From positions 1 through 64,000 of IMG/VR virus record IMGVR_UViG_3300035034_002381: 64,000 nucleotides of DNA; one strand, 5' to 3'. This stretch comes from a virus (taxonomy: Duplodnaviria; Heunggongvirae; Uroviricota; Caudoviricetes). The position numbers were made by a program, and so were the translations under genes. Below are positions 16,751-26,973 of the stretch, piece after piece; position 1 is the stretch's first letter, and every line of letters begins with the position of its first letter. The notes beneath the pieces are model-generated. The model did no database searches. It had not been told where the DNA came from and saw nothing but the letters and a program-made list of their open reading frames with translations.

Positions 16751-17058
16751 GAAAAATCTATATATATAAACTAATAATATGTATGGACACAGAATCACAT
16801 AGCTCGTTTAGCGAATCTTTACAAGATAGAAATTACTATCTAGTCAAAGATTACTTACATGAACTAGGATTTTTGCCCTCACAATATTATATTAAAGATT
16901 ATCAGAATTCAATTGAAGTTGATTTTGATGATAATCAAGCCGTCTTTTATATTATAGAAGATATCAAAAAGACAAAATACATAGAGCATTTTGATGTTGA
17001 TTATAAAAAGCCGGCGAATTCAAGAAGACATACTGCAGTGTTTAATTTCACTCAGTAA
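16747..17058 (+). CDS. Hypothetical protein
   Basis: 103-aa ORF. Confidence 0.35.
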   Translation: MRKIYIYKLIICMDTESHSSFSESLQDRNYYLVKDYLHELGFLPSQYYIKDYQNSIEVDFDDNQAVFYIIEDIKKTKYIEHFDVDYKKPANSRRHTAVFNFTQ

Positions 17059-17119
17059 AAAATGAGAATAAAAAAAATCATTTTATCCTTGATATATAAA
17101 AAAACAAATATAGAAAAAG

Positions 17120-19195
17120 ATGAACAAAGATTCTAATGTATTATTAATACTTGAAAGATCTTCATCAAATCTAGATGTTAACAAGGAATCGGGTGATTAT
17201 ATTCTCGAAGGTATTTTTGCTCAATTTGGAGTTGAAAACAATAACAAAAGGATTTATGAGGAAAAAGAGTATTTACCACATCTCGAATACTTAAAAAAGA
17301 AAATTTCAGAAAATCGATTGATGGGAGAACTTGATCACCCAGAAAAATTTGAAATTGCTTTAGACAAAGTATCTCACGTAATTGAGAATATTGAATATGA
17401 TCAAGCAAAACGCCAGATTAAAGGGCGTGTACGTATTTTAGATACGCCATCCGGAAAAATCGCAAAGAGTCTAATCGACTCTAATATTCCTATTAGTATT
17501 TCATCACGAGCTGCTGGTTCTGTGAGTGAAAATAAAACTGTTTCTATTAAGAGAATTTTTACTTATGATTTAGTTGCTGATCCAGGTTTTGAAGATGCAC
17601 AATTATCAAGAATAAATGAATCATTTGGTTTAGACAACGAAAATAATCTACAAATTTTTGATGCTTCTAGATGGGACAACAATTTTTCGTTTGATGAAAA
17701 AGAAAAAGAAAAGCCTGTTGAGGCAATAAAAGAAAATAAAGAAAATACTACAGATATGAAAGAATTTGTGACAATTGAAAGCATGGAACGCTATTCATTA
17801 ATGGTCAAAGAAGAAATTGCTAAAATCAATACACGATTAGAAACTCTGAATGAGAGTAATGCTAATTCTGATGAAACAGCAGAACTTAGAAAAACCGTTG
17901 ATAATTTAGTAGGGTATGTTAATGAAATGGCTACCGAAATTAATCAAAACAGAGAATACATGTCATATACTGCTGAAATGCTTGACGAAAGTATTTCTTG
18001 GTCAGAAAATGAGATCGGTAATCAAGTTACTAAATTAATTGAATATACTGAATCTGAATTGGCTGTTCATCTTGATGGTTTAATTGAACACAATAACTAT
18101 CTTGCAGAAAAATTAAACACGACTATTGGATACGTTAATGAAGAATTGGCTCCAATTTTAGATGAGTCTATTAATCACAATGATTATTTAGTTGAACAAA
18201 TTGCTAATAACCGAAAATATACTGAGTATCTTGCTGAAAATGCTGTAGACTCAACAAATTTTGATTCGTTAGTAGAATATACTGAACATGTATATGAAAA
18301 TGCTGCTGGAAAATTTGAAGGTAAAATTAATGAATCTGCAACTGCTGAGGATGTAATTAAAAAACATAAACTTAAAACACATCACGATGTTGCTAAGTTT
18401 ATAGGAGATTTTTATGATTTACCAGATACAATTAAAGGATCTACCGATAAATTCACATTTAAAGACGTTGAGGACAACGTAATTAAAGTTGATGGTAAAG
18501 CAGGAACAGTAGACGGTAAAAAATTATCTCTGGCGGGATTGGTTGATCTTATGTCAGGTGGTGATTTTGATCTTCTTATTGAAAATCAAGCTAATAAAAT
18601 TAACGAAAATAAAAACGTATCAACAGATATTGAAAATCGATACATGAGTATCAATGAAAAAATTGACGCGGCTCTTGAGCAGATCAAGAAAACAAAGACT
18701 GAAGAAATCACAGAGTCTAAACGTCATCCTTTCACCAAACTACTCAACGAAAGTAATAGAGCTGCTTTCACTGAGTTAGGAAAAACCGAAAAAGAAAAGG
18801 TTTCAAAAGCTCTAAATGAAAACGGTATTTTAAGTACTGTAAAACTTAACGAAAAATTCACTTCATTGTTAGAAGGTAATTTCGAAATTGTTGAAGAGCC
18901 TAAATGGTTATCTGAAGCACCAGACAAGTATAAAGCTATTTTTGAAAGTTTGAATGAGGAAACTCAGGATAAACTTAGAGCTCAAGCTTCATGGTACGAA
19001 GGTAAACTTAAATCTCCTTATCAAATCGAAAATTTCTGGGCAACTAGAGGACTGAACGAAGACGTTGAGTTGAAGAATCTGAAAGACGATGCTGATGTAA
19101 AACTTATTAAAGAAAGTAATGATAGATCTAAAGATCTGGGTTATTCTTCTGATCGAGTTGCTGCAATTAAACAAGGTCTGAAAAGATTCAAATAA
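17120..19195 (+). CDS. Probable prohead protease fused to a scaffolding-type coiled-coil domain
   Basis: Sits immediately upstream of the major capsid gene. The N-terminal roughly 200 aa contain EGIFAQFGVENNNKRIYEEKEY...GELDHPE (T4 gp21 / S77-like). The rest is an acidic, heptad-rich segment typical of scaffold proteins. Confidence 0.5.
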   Translation: MNKDSNVLLILERSSSNLDVNKESGDYILEGIFAQFGVENNNKRIYEEKEYLPHLEYLKKKISENRLMGELDHPEKFEIALDKVSHVIENIEYDQAKRQIKGRVRILDTPSGKIAKSLIDSNIPISISSRAAGSVSENKTVSIKRIFTYDLVADPGFEDAQLSRINESFGLDNENNLQIFDASRWDNNFSFDEKEKEKPVEAIKENKENTTDMKEFVTIESMERYSLMVKEEIAKINTRLETLNESNANSDETAELRKTVDNLVGYVNEMATEINQNREYMSYTAEMLDESISWSENEIGNQVTKLIEYTESELAVHLDGLIEHNNYLAEKLNTTIGYVNEELAPILDESINHNDYLVEQIANNRKYTEYLAENAVDSTNFDSLVEYTEHVYENAAGKFEGKINESATAEDVIKKHKLKTHHDVAKFIGDFYDLPDTIKGSTDKFTFKDVEDNVIKVDGKAGTVDGKKLSLAGLVDLMSGGDFDLLIENQANKINENKNVSTDIENRYMSINEKIDAALEQIKKTKTEEITESKRHPFTKLLNESNRAAFTELGKTEKEKVSKALNENGILSTVKLNEKFTSLLEGNFEIVEEPKWLSEAPDKYKAIFESLNEETQDKLRAQASWYEGKLKSPYQIENFWATRGLNEDVELKNLKDDADVKLIKESNDRSKDLGYSSDRVAAIKQGLKRFK

Positions 19196-19213
19196 AAAAT
19201 AATTTCATAATAA

Positions 19214-21007
19214 ATGAAACTTTTAAACGAACAAAAGATCTATGATGAGTGGGCTCCTATGCTAGAGGAGGAAACTTCAATCAAAGATTCTTCAAAATTG
19301 GGATGGATGACTAAATATTGTCACTACCATTCATTAAATGAAGCATTCACTGCACCTGCAGCTGGATTGCTTAACACGCCAGGTATGGGTAATGTAACTC
19401 CTGCTGGAGCTGCTGCCGGTGGTGCTAATGCATTCTACGGAAGTACTACTACTGGTTCAGGAGATAAATTCCCTTCATTATTGCCACTATCTATTCAGGT
19501 AGCTGCAAGAACTGTAGGATTTGATATCGTTCCTGTTATTCCTATGAACGGACCTTCGGGGGTTCTTACATACATGGATTATGTCTATGCTGGTGGAAAA
19601 GGAGCATTCGGAGCACCTCCAGGTGCTGCAGGTGCTGCAAACCCAGGTCTTAACGCTTACGCTGACAAGCCGTTAGTATTCAAAATCCAACTTGTTGGAG
19701 ATGAGAAAACTGCTTTCGATGCTGCTGCTGCGGGTGATGAATTCTTATTTGCTTCTGGTGCACTTGCTGCAACTGGAAACACACTACGTGTTGCTAAAAT
19801 CGGTCCTTCTAGAATCGACGGTCACTCTATTTTTAGAGTAATTGGAGAATCTGGTGATGCTGATGCGACTGGCGGTGCAGCTGCTGCTGTAGCGACAACT
19901 CTTACATCGCCACAATCTATCACATTGGCTTCTGTATTTACAGGAACTGCTGCGATGATTACTGCGGCTGGTGCTTTAGTTGATGCTGCTGATTCAGTAG
20001 TTAATCGTCCAGAACTTGTTAAAGCTCTTGAAGATCACGTTCAAGGTTTTGCTGGTGCAGGTCCAAACGATGATGAAGCATGGTCAGGAAATGCGACTGA
20101 TGGTACTGTATCTTACGAACCAATGCGAAGAGGTGTAGGTGAAGAGCAGTACTTCAGAACTATGGGACTTCAAGCTTTCACGAAATTCATTGAAGCTGAA
20201 ACTTTCCAAGTTGCTGCTAATGTTACTACAGAACAAATTCAAGATTTACAACGTCAGTATGGAATCGATGTGATTGCAATGATCGAGAACTCATTAGTAA
20301 ATGATATCTCTCAATCTATTAACAAGCACATTCTTTCTAGAGCTTTCGCTCTTGGATGGGGTGCAAACCTTACATTCAGAGATGTTGAAGGTGCAAACCT
20401 TAACCTTGAATTGGTAAACACTGGAACTGGTGTTACTGCAACTCCTGCTTACATTGATAAGACTGGAGTAGGTACTGCATCTGTATATCCTGCTTTCCAA
20501 GAATTTGCTGGAGCTGCTGCTGCTGCATCATTGGAAAACCAAGCAACATTCCAACGAAGAGTATATTCTAAAGTACTTGCTGCTGGAAACGTTGTTACTC
20601 AAAGAGGACGTAGAGGACCTGCAAACTTCATTGTTACTAACCTTCAGTTAGCGACAGCGTTGCAAGATTCTGCACAATTCTCTTGGGCACCAATGGCAAA
20701 CACCATTAACCAAAACAACGGTTCGCTTTACCCAGTGGGTACTGTAGCCGGAATGACTGTTTATGTAGATCCTAACATGGGATTCTCTGATAACAGAATT
20801 CTTGTTGGACGTAAAGGTGCTGATGAAGAACCAGGACTTAAATTCATGCCTTACTTAATGGCTGAATCAATCCAAACAATTGCTGAAGGTACAATGGCTC
20901 CGAAAGTTGCCGTAAAATCACGTTATGCTTTAGTTGAAGCTGGACACCACCCAGAAACAATGTACTTTACTATTGCAGTAAATGTACCTGTAGGTGGATT
21001 AGTATAA
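19214..21007 (+). CDS. Major capsid protein
   Basis: 597-aa Ala/Gly-rich protein directly after the protease/scaffold gene, followed by a strong terminator, with codon usage typical of highly expressed virion genes. Confidence 0.6.
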   Translation: MKLLNEQKIYDEWAPMLEEETSIKDSSKLGWMTKYCHYHSLNEAFTAPAAGLLNTPGMGNVTPAGAAAGGANAFYGSTTTGSGDKFPSLLPLSIQVAARTVGFDIVPVIPMNGPSGVLTYMDYVYAGGKGAFGAPPGAAGAANPGLNAYADKPLVFKIQLVGDEKTAFDAAAAGDEFLFASGALAATGNTLRVAKIGPSRIDGHSIFRVIGESGDADATGGAAAAVATTLTSPQSITLASVFTGTAAMITAAGALVDAADSVVNRPELVKALEDHVQGFAGAGPNDDEAWSGNATDGTVSYEPMRRGVGEEQYFRTMGLQAFTKFIEAETFQVAANVTTEQIQDLQRQYGIDVIAMIENSLVNDISQSINKHILSRAFALGWGANLTFRDVEGANLNLELVNTGTGVTATPAYIDKTGVGTASVYPAFQEFAGAAAAASLENQATFQRRVYSKVLAAGNVVTQRGRRGPANFIVTNLQLATALQDSAQFSWAPMANTINQNNGSLYPVGTVAGMTVYVDPNMGFSDNRILVGRKGADEEPGLKFMPYLMAESIQTIAEGTMAPKVAVKSRYALVEAGHHPETMYFTIAVNVPVGGLV

Positions 21008-21035
21008 GAAATATCTTAAACTATATAAATACCGA

Positions 21036-21068
21036 GAGGGGATCGAAAGATTCCCTCTTTTTTTTTGC
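21036..21068 (+). terminator. Rho-independent terminator (gagagggg-atcgaaagat-tccctct plus T9)
   Basis: Hairpin plus TTTTTTTTT after the capsid gene. Confidence 0.7.
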
Positions 21069-21116
21069 ATAAAACTTTATTCAATATTGTATATATAATA
21101 TACAATTATTAGAGCC

Positions 21117-22802
21117 ATGAACACTTCAGTCAAAGATATTATAAAAAACGTAAAATCCACCAAAGGTTTAGCAGTAAAAATATCAAATTCAGAAAGTCTA
21201 AATAAAGAACTTTTAGAATTAACCAAATACCTACCAACAGACTCTAGTATATCTGAGCGCATTTATAATATCTTAAATAATATTGATGTACAAAGTCTTT
21301 GTATTTGTGGTGACACATTACCATTCATTAAAATTTCCAAAGGTTACAAAACTTCGTGTGGTAATAAAGAATGTAAGTCGCGAACACGGAGTAATATTAA
21401 TAAAGAATCCAGTAAGAAAATAGACTGGGGCGAATCGATCAATAAACAACAAAAAACCAATTTACAAAAATACGGTTATGTTTCTAATCTTGCATCACCT
21501 AAAGAACGAGAAAAACATAAAGTTATTCTTAAAGAATTGACTGGATATGAACACCCATTACAGAATCCTGAATCTAAAAAGAAAAGACATAACACTTGTA
21601 TAAAAAATCATGGTACATTAAATTTCATCCATTCAAATAAATCAATACAAACGTTACAAGCAAAATATAATACCACTGCCACTAATTGTGCTCAAATACC
21701 CGAAATTCAAGATAGATCTGCCAAAACCCAATCTATAAATGCTGATAAAGCTTTATATCAAAAAATTGATAAAATAAATAAAACTATAATAGATCTTAAT
21801 AAAACAAATGCTAATATTGAGTGTGTGGGTTGTGGTCGTATTATGAATATACATCGGCAAGCACTCAATTATTATATTCGAAATTCTATTGACAATTGTT
21901 GGTCTTGCAACCCTGATTTTTCACCATTTGCCAGTAACAAAGAAAAGATGATTGTTACATGGCTCACTGATATAGGTATCACAAATATTGACACAAATCG
22001 CCGGAGATTTGGTGGTAAAGAAATAGATATTTTCTTAAATGATTATAACCTAGGAATTGAATTCAATGGCACATATTGGCATAGTGAATTACACAAAGAA
22101 AAAAATTACCATTTAAATAAAAAAACATATATTGAGAACTTGGGTTTCAAGTTGATTAATGTTTGGGAAGATGATTGGGAAGATGATATAAAACGTAATA
22201 TAATTCAAAGCAGAATTAAAAATTTAATAAACCTAAATCACCGCAAAATATATGGGCGTAAATGTCAGATAGTTCAAATATCTAACAAAGAAGCTAAAGA
22301 ATTTTATACCAATAATCATATTCAAGGTCATGCTATATCAGAAATTAACTACGCATTAGTATATGATAATGAAATTGTTTCAGTCATGAGCTTTTCTAGT
22401 AAAAATAGATTTTTCATTAAGAAAAATAGGGATAATGAAATAGAGTTGACTAGATTTGCAAATTTGATAGGTGTAAGTGTTTTAGGTGGTTTCTCTAAAC
22501 TATTCAAACATTTTTTGAAAAATAATGACCATGATACCATTATTTCATTTGCAGAATTTGATTGGACTGATGAGACTAATAATGTTTATCTTATGAATGG
22601 TTTTAAATTTTTAGGGAATTCTGGACCATCGTATTCATGGGTTGTTAATGGAAAACGGTTTTCTAGATTTAACTTTTCTAAGCAAAAATTAATCAAAGAA
22701 GGTTATGATAAGAATAAAACAGAAGTCGAAATAATGCACGAAAGAAAATATTATCGAGCTTGGAATAGTGGTAACTTAAAATTTATTTATAATAAATTAT
22801 AA
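21117..22802 (+). CDS. Free-standing homing-endonuclease-like protein: two Cys4 zinc fingers, a Vsr/DUF559-type (PD-(D/E)xK-like) nuclease core and a C-terminal putative DNA-binding region
   Basis: CICGDT...CGNKEC and CVGCGR...CWSCNP zinc fingers. The core IDIFLNDYNLGIEFNGTYWHSELH resembles the Vsr FVDGCFWHGH motif. The gene is inserted between the capsid gene and a recoded copy of the capsid gene 3' end. Confidence 0.55.
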   Translation: MNTSVKDIIKNVKSTKGLAVKISNSESLNKELLELTKYLPTDSSISERIYNILNNIDVQSLCICGDTLPFIKISKGYKTSCGNKECKSRTRSNINKESSKKIDWGESINKQQKTNLQKYGYVSNLASPKEREKHKVILKELTGYEHPLQNPESKKKRHNTCIKNHGTLNFIHSNKSIQTLQAKYNTTATNCAQIPEIQDRSAKTQSINADKALYQKIDKINKTIIDLNKTNANIECVGCGRIMNIHRQALNYYIRNSIDNCWSCNPDFSPFASNKEKMIVTWLTDIGITNIDTNRRRFGGKEIDIFLNDYNLGIEFNGTYWHSELHKEKNYHLNKKTYIENLGFKLINVWEDDWEDDIKRNIIQSRIKNLINLNHRKIYGRKCQIVQISNKEAKEFYTNNHIQGHAISEINYALVYDNEIVSVMSFSSKNRFFIKKNRDNEIELTRFANLIGVSVLGGFSKLFKHFLKNNDHDTIISFAEFDWTDETNNVYLMNGFKFLGNSGPSYSWVVNGKRFSRFNFSKQKLIKEGYDKNKTEVEIMHERKYYRAWNSGNLKFIYNKL

Positions 22803-22821
22803 TATATACAACATATATACT

Positions 22822-22852
22822 TGTTGAGGCGGGTCACCACCCAGAAACAATG
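22822..22852 (+). repeat. 31-bp copy of the capsid gene 3' coding sequence (20935-20965) with 3 substitutions, all synonymous third-codon positions
   Basis: gttgaagctggacaccacccagaaacaatgt versus gttgaggcgggtcaccacccagaaacaatgt. Confidence 0.8.
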
Positions 22853-22857
22853 TTCCC

Positions 22858-22895
22858 TCTTTTTATGTTTAAAACTTATATTAATCTTAGATATA
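22858..22895 (+). promoter_or_regulatory. Copy of the terminator-tail/promoter element also found at 6518-6550 (tttttatgtttaaaac(t)tatat(c/t)aatcttagatatataa)
   Basis: Near-identical 38-bp sequence in two places, each followed by an MK(N/T)..F.EF-type ORF. Confidence 0.6.
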
Positions 22896-23235
22896 TAAAC
22901 TACATATAATCAAATAATATGAAGACATTTAATGAATACGAACAAATCAATGAATCTGGTAATTAAAACTGCACAAAAAATTCAAATAGATCTTAAGAAA
23001 TTTCTTGAAGATGTAGTAATACCAGCATCTAATGGATATGTTAGAAATGAAGGTGATGCAGCTTTATTGTTATACGATATACTTGCACAAAAATATGATA
23101 TTACAACATAGACGCTATGAATGACGACGAAAAAATATAGTTTAAGTTCCAAATTATAGATTTAGTTAAGAAAAATCCCAACAATGAAAAACTGGGTGAA
23201 AAGATTAGATCTTTTACTAAAAATATGATATAAAG

Positions 23236-23484
23236 ATGAAAAACATAAAAGATTTTGGTGAGTTTAAATTAAATGAAAAAAGAAATGAGGCACTGAAAAA
23301 GGTTAAAACATCTTCGACTGTGCTAGATAATTTTGTTATGGATGTATTAAAAACTCAAAAGCTTTATCAAAACGAAATTCCTAAGCTACTTGCTAATGAT
23401 AAAGAATTAATAACTGAATTCAAAGAAGGTCGACAAGCATTTAATGATCTTCGAATATTAAATGATATGCTTGCAAAGAAATAA
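23236..23484 (+). CDS. Small hypothetical protein, MKN-K-F-EF family
   Basis: N-terminus MKNIKDFGEF. Confidence 0.4.
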   Translation: MKNIKDFGEFKLNEKRNEALKKVKTSSTVLDNFVMDVLKTQKLYQNEIPKLLANDKELITEFKEGRQAFNDLRILNDMLAKK

Positions 23485-23492
23485 ATAATACA

Positions 23493-23702
23493 ATGAAAAA
23501 CTTAAAAACATTTGAACAGTTTGTAACTGATAAGCTAATGGAAGGTGCAATGTCTGATATACATCTTATGGCTAAAAATTCTAAAACTATAGAAAATTTT
23601 ATAAAAGCTTTTTATAAAAAATACGATAATAAAGTCAAGAAGGGAAAAAGCACTGATGAATGGATAATCAGTCTATATAATGATATGGAATCAAAAACAT
23701 AA
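23493..23702 (+). CDS. Small hypothetical protein, MKN-K-F-EF family
   Basis: N-terminus MKNLKTFEQF. Confidence 0.4.
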   Translation: MKNLKTFEQFVTDKLMEGAMSDIHLMAKNSKTIENFIKAFYKKYDNKVKKGKSTDEWIISLYNDMESKT

Positions 23703-23711
23703 ATACCACTA

Positions 23712-24743
23712 ATGAAAAATTTAAAAACATTTGAACAATTTGAACTAGAAAATCTTAATGAGAAAGTGGGTTATAATCAAATTTCACACAAAAATAAAAG
23801 TTTTGTAGTTTATAATCATAAAGGAATTGAAGATTTATCTAAAAAATATAAAATTGTCAACCTAAAGAATTCTGTAGGACCTGATATAGAATTTCCTGCA
23901 ATAGCAGAATTAGATAATAATAAACCTTTTATTAGAAACATCTATAGACATGAGCTTGATAAATTAGAAAAAGGAATCTTTTTCGAATCCCATAATTTAG
24001 ACAAAGATGCTAAACTTTTTGAATCTGGAGCGATAACTAAAATTTTGACAGATGCAGGATTTATCAGTTTTGAAGACTCTGATGAATATGATTATGATAT
24101 AGGAATAGGTGGAGTAATTAACACTGTTGATCCAGGTATAGCTAAAGATATAGCAGATGAATTAAATGATAATGGTATATCTGCGAAAGCAAAAAGAGAT
24201 ACTGTAATTGTTGAATCTGTGAATGAGGGAATTTACGCTGATAAACTCGCAAAAGGATTATGGGATGGTGACATGGATTTTTCCGATTTAAGTAAAAGTG
24301 AACAAGACTTAATCGACAAGTTCGTCAAAAGAAATCTTGGTATCTTTAAAGACGAAAGATTTGAGATTCCCTTTCCTGATGAAGCTGCTGACACTGGAGA
24401 GTTTTGGGATGAAATTCAAAAAGATAAAGATTACTCAAAATTTGCAAAGGCTGTTAAAAAAGCAAGTTTGGGTGAAATTGAGTTTGTGAACGAATCTATT
24501 AATCAGATTCCTGGAGAAATACAATTTAATGTTGAACCACATACGTTTCTTAAAGATCCTAGAGAACTAGACAAAGCAGTAGCTGAAGTTGATAAATATT
24601 TAGCGGGCGGTAAAGAAAACATTGGCGGATTTATGATAGATCGATATTTAAAAGATTCTTTTGATCTTGATGCGTTTATTGACTCTGTGCATTTACATTA
24701 CCCTAGACCAATGATTCCTGAAATTCAATCCAAGAATCTATGA
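23712..24743 (+). CDS. Hypothetical acidic protein, MKN-K-F-EF family
   Basis: N-terminus MKNLKTFEQF, identical to the preceding ORF for 10 aa. Confidence 0.45.
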   Translation: MKNLKTFEQFELENLNEKVGYNQISHKNKSFVVYNHKGIEDLSKKYKIVNLKNSVGPDIEFPAIAELDNNKPFIRNIYRHELDKLEKGIFFESHNLDKDAKLFESGAITKILTDAGFISFEDSDEYDYDIGIGGVINTVDPGIAKDIADELNDNGISAKAKRDTVIVESVNEGIYADKLAKGLWDGDMDFSDLSKSEQDLIDKFVKRNLGIFKDERFEIPFPDEAADTGEFWDEIQKDKDYSKFAKAVKKASLGEIEFVNESINQIPGEIQFNVEPHTFLKDPRELDKAVAEVDKYLAGGKENIGGFMIDRYLKDSFDLDAFIDSVHLHYPRPMIPEIQSKNL

Positions 24744-24937
24744 ATGAAGCTAGTCATAAAAATGATTTTCTTGATTTTTTCCGAGTTCCTGATTCTAAAA
24801 GGTTAAAATTTGCAATTTATAAATTTGATGGTAATGACGATATGGATGATTTATTTGATGATCTTAAACCTTATGCATCGACAGTTGATGAGGTTAGAAA
24901 CTATTATGAAATAGCAACAAAAACACGCGATAATTAA
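24740..24937 (+). CDS. Small hypothetical protein
   Basis: ATGA overlap with the upstream gene. Confidence 0.35.
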   Translation: MNEASHKNDFLDFFRVPDSKRLKFAIYKFDGNDDMDDLFDDLKPYASTVDEVRNYYEIATKTRDN

Positions 24938-25806
24938 TGAACTTTAAAACATATTCACATCTGAAGGAAATTCTTCATGAAAGTGAAAATTATCAAGAAG
25001 TAATACATGAAGCTTTTGAATGGATTGAGGATGATTCTATTTTTGAGGCATACGCGTGGGCTTTTATTAAAAGCCCTGTTAAAGTGACTAAAATGTTTAC
25101 TAATCAAAATAAGCTTACAAAATCTTTAATTAGTCAGGCTGTTATTGATATTGATCTACAGAATCGTAAAGAAGCTGCTAAAAAAATATCTGACCCACAG
25201 AAAGCCAAAAACCAGAGAGAAAAACTCCAACAAGCTCATGACATAAAGAAAAAGGGTTTATCCGATAAAATCAGTGGTATAAAACAAAGAATTGATGATT
25301 TAGCTGGTAGTGATTCTAAACTTCAAGAATTGGCTTCAAATTTAAAAACTAAATCTGGATTAGCTGCTGCAGAGAAATTAATTAAGGCAGCTGATGGGGC
25401 AGAACAGAAAGAATTACAAATTAAGATTAGAAAAAGTAAAGAAAAACTTTCGAGACAAGAAAACATTTTTAAAGAATATGAGTCTAATCTTTCTACTGAG
25501 GATAAAGCTAAAGGTCAAGAACAAGCTAAAACTGCTAAATCTGAAGACGATGGAAAATCTGATTCTACTAAAAAGGATGCAGAGTCTTCTATTGAGGAAA
25601 AAATCGAGGCGGAAAAGGATGCAATTAACGATTTAGTTAGAGAATTTAATGGGAAGAAAAAGAAAATTGCAGAAGCTAGAAAAAGATCGCATATTACACA
25701 AGCAAAATTTGATGAGTTAATGAAAAATCTCATGAAAGAAGGTCACCAAGAAAAAATTGATGTTCATAAAAAGAACATTATAGATTTAAAAAAGAATAGC
25801 AAATAA
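24937..25806 (+). CDS. Lys/Glu-rich coiled-coil protein
   Basis: 289-aa low-complexity K/E/A-rich sequence. Confidence 0.4.
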   Translation: MNFKTYSHLKEILHESENYQEVIHEAFEWIEDDSIFEAYAWAFIKSPVKVTKMFTNQNKLTKSLISQAVIDIDLQNRKEAAKKISDPQKAKNQREKLQQAHDIKKKGLSDKISGIKQRIDDLAGSDSKLQELASNLKTKSGLAAAEKLIKAADGAEQKELQIKIRKSKEKLSRQENIFKEYESNLSTEDKAKGQEQAKTAKSEDDGKSDSTKKDAESSIEEKIEAEKDAINDLVREFNGKKKKIAEARKRSHITQAKFDELMKNLMKEGHQEKIDVHKKNIIDLKKNSK

Positions 25807-26081
25807 TGAAAAAGGCAAGAACATTTACAGAATTTAATGAGTCTATATCAAACGAAGAAGAACTAAATGAAGCAGTCGATGTATTTATCGCAATTGCTGA
25901 AGCTTTAGACGTAAGTTTAGATGTCGCAAAAATGATAGTAGCTTTGGCAGGAGTCACCGGAACAGTAACTTTCGCAGCAGCAATGACAAAAATCCAAGAT
26001 GTATTGGCAAAGAAAAATCCTAAATTATCTAAGAAATTAGGTGATATTACAAAAGGAGCAAATAACGCGAGAACACAATAG
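25806..26081 (+). CDS. Small hypothetical protein
   Basis: N-terminus MKKARTFTEFNE (MK..F.EF family-like). Confidence 0.35.
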   Translation: MKKARTFTEFNESISNEEELNEAVDVFIAIAEALDVSLDVAKMIVALAGVTGTVTFAAAMTKIQDVLAKKNPKLSKKLGDITKGANNARTQ

Positions 26082-26085
26082 AAAT

Positions 26086-26505
26086 ATGGATGATATTAGC
26101 AATGGAGGTGGAATTCTCCAAAAAACAAAGATACTTACAGTAACAAATAAGATTGGTTATGCCAAGAATTCTGAGGGTGTGACTTCTGTATTTGCTAATA
26201 CTGATATTGGAGCAGGCGATCTTATCGAGGTTGCGACCCTTCTAGAAGTTTCAGATATGGTGATGACAAATAGAGAAATTGCTGATCATGTTTTTACAGT
26301 AAATCCAGAAAGTAAACAATATGCGATCGGTTTAGGATTTGCTTGTTTATATCAACATAACGATAAACCTAACGCCGAGTGGAATATACCTAGCGATAAA
26401 AAGGAAATCAGATTTACTGCTAAAGACGACATAAAAAAATCTGAAGAAATCACAATTTCATACGGAAAGAATTATTTCCTAAGTAGAGAAAAGAAAGAGG
26501 AATAA
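26086..26505 (+). CDS. SET-domain protein (putative protein lysine methyltransferase)
   Basis: GFACLYQHNDKPNAEWN matches the RFINHSCxPN motif, and EEITISYGKNYF matches ELTFDYG. Compact at about 140 aa, like viral vSET. The start was moved to the ATG at 26086 to avoid overlap with the upstream ORF. Confidence 0.6.
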   Translation: MDDISNGGGILQKTKILTVTNKIGYAKNSEGVTSVFANTDIGAGDLIEVATLLEVSDMVMTNREIADHVFTVNPESKQYAIGLGFACLYQHNDKPNAEWNIPSDKKEIRFTAKDDIKKSEEITISYGKNYFLSREKKEE

Positions 26506-26562
26506 ATTTTGGAATAAGCTAAAACATTTGAGGCTTTCATGAATATAAACTAAAAGATATTC

Positions 26563-26973
26563 ATGAAAGCCTTTACTTATGTTATAGATATTGATGACAC
26601 TATCAATATTACCGATAGAGATGAAAATAATATAGGACTGTATTCTCAGTCTCGGCCGATACTTAAAGTTATCAATAAAATTCGAAGACTTAAAAAAGAA
26701 GGCCACAAAATCATACTTTTTACTGCTAGAGGTATGCGTACATTTAATAATGATGTCAAAAAAATCGAAGATTTTCATAGAGAAACACTCGTTAAATGGT
26801 TAAATGACCATGAAGTCCCTTATGACGAACTACAGTTCGGTAAACCATGGGGCCCCCATGTAATATATGTCGATGATCGTGCTGTTACTATTAACCAATT
26901 TGTTTTGGGTGGTCCCGAAAATCACAGAAGTTATACACACATTAACAAAACAGTTATAAATGATGAATTATAA
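26563..26973 (+). CDS. HAD-superfamily phosphatase
   Basis: Motif I VIDIDDTI (DxDxT), motif II ILFTARG, motif IV GKPWGPHVIYVDDRA. Confidence 0.6.
   Translation: MKAFTYVIDIDDTINITDRDENNIGLYSQSRPILKVINKIRRLKKEGHKIILFTARGMRTFNNDVKKIEDFHRETLVKWLNDHEVPYDELQFGKPWGPHVIYVDDRAVTINQFVLGGPENHRSYTHINKTVINDEL

Noticed and set aside
20930-22860. Group I intron splitting the major capsid gene, with the endonuclease as an intron ORF
   Set aside because: The capsid ORF terminates normally with a stop followed by a strong terminator. The downstream capsid-like fragment does not restore a capsid C-terminus (it reads EAGHHPETMFPLFMF...). A free-standing HEG with a co-converted flank explains the data better.
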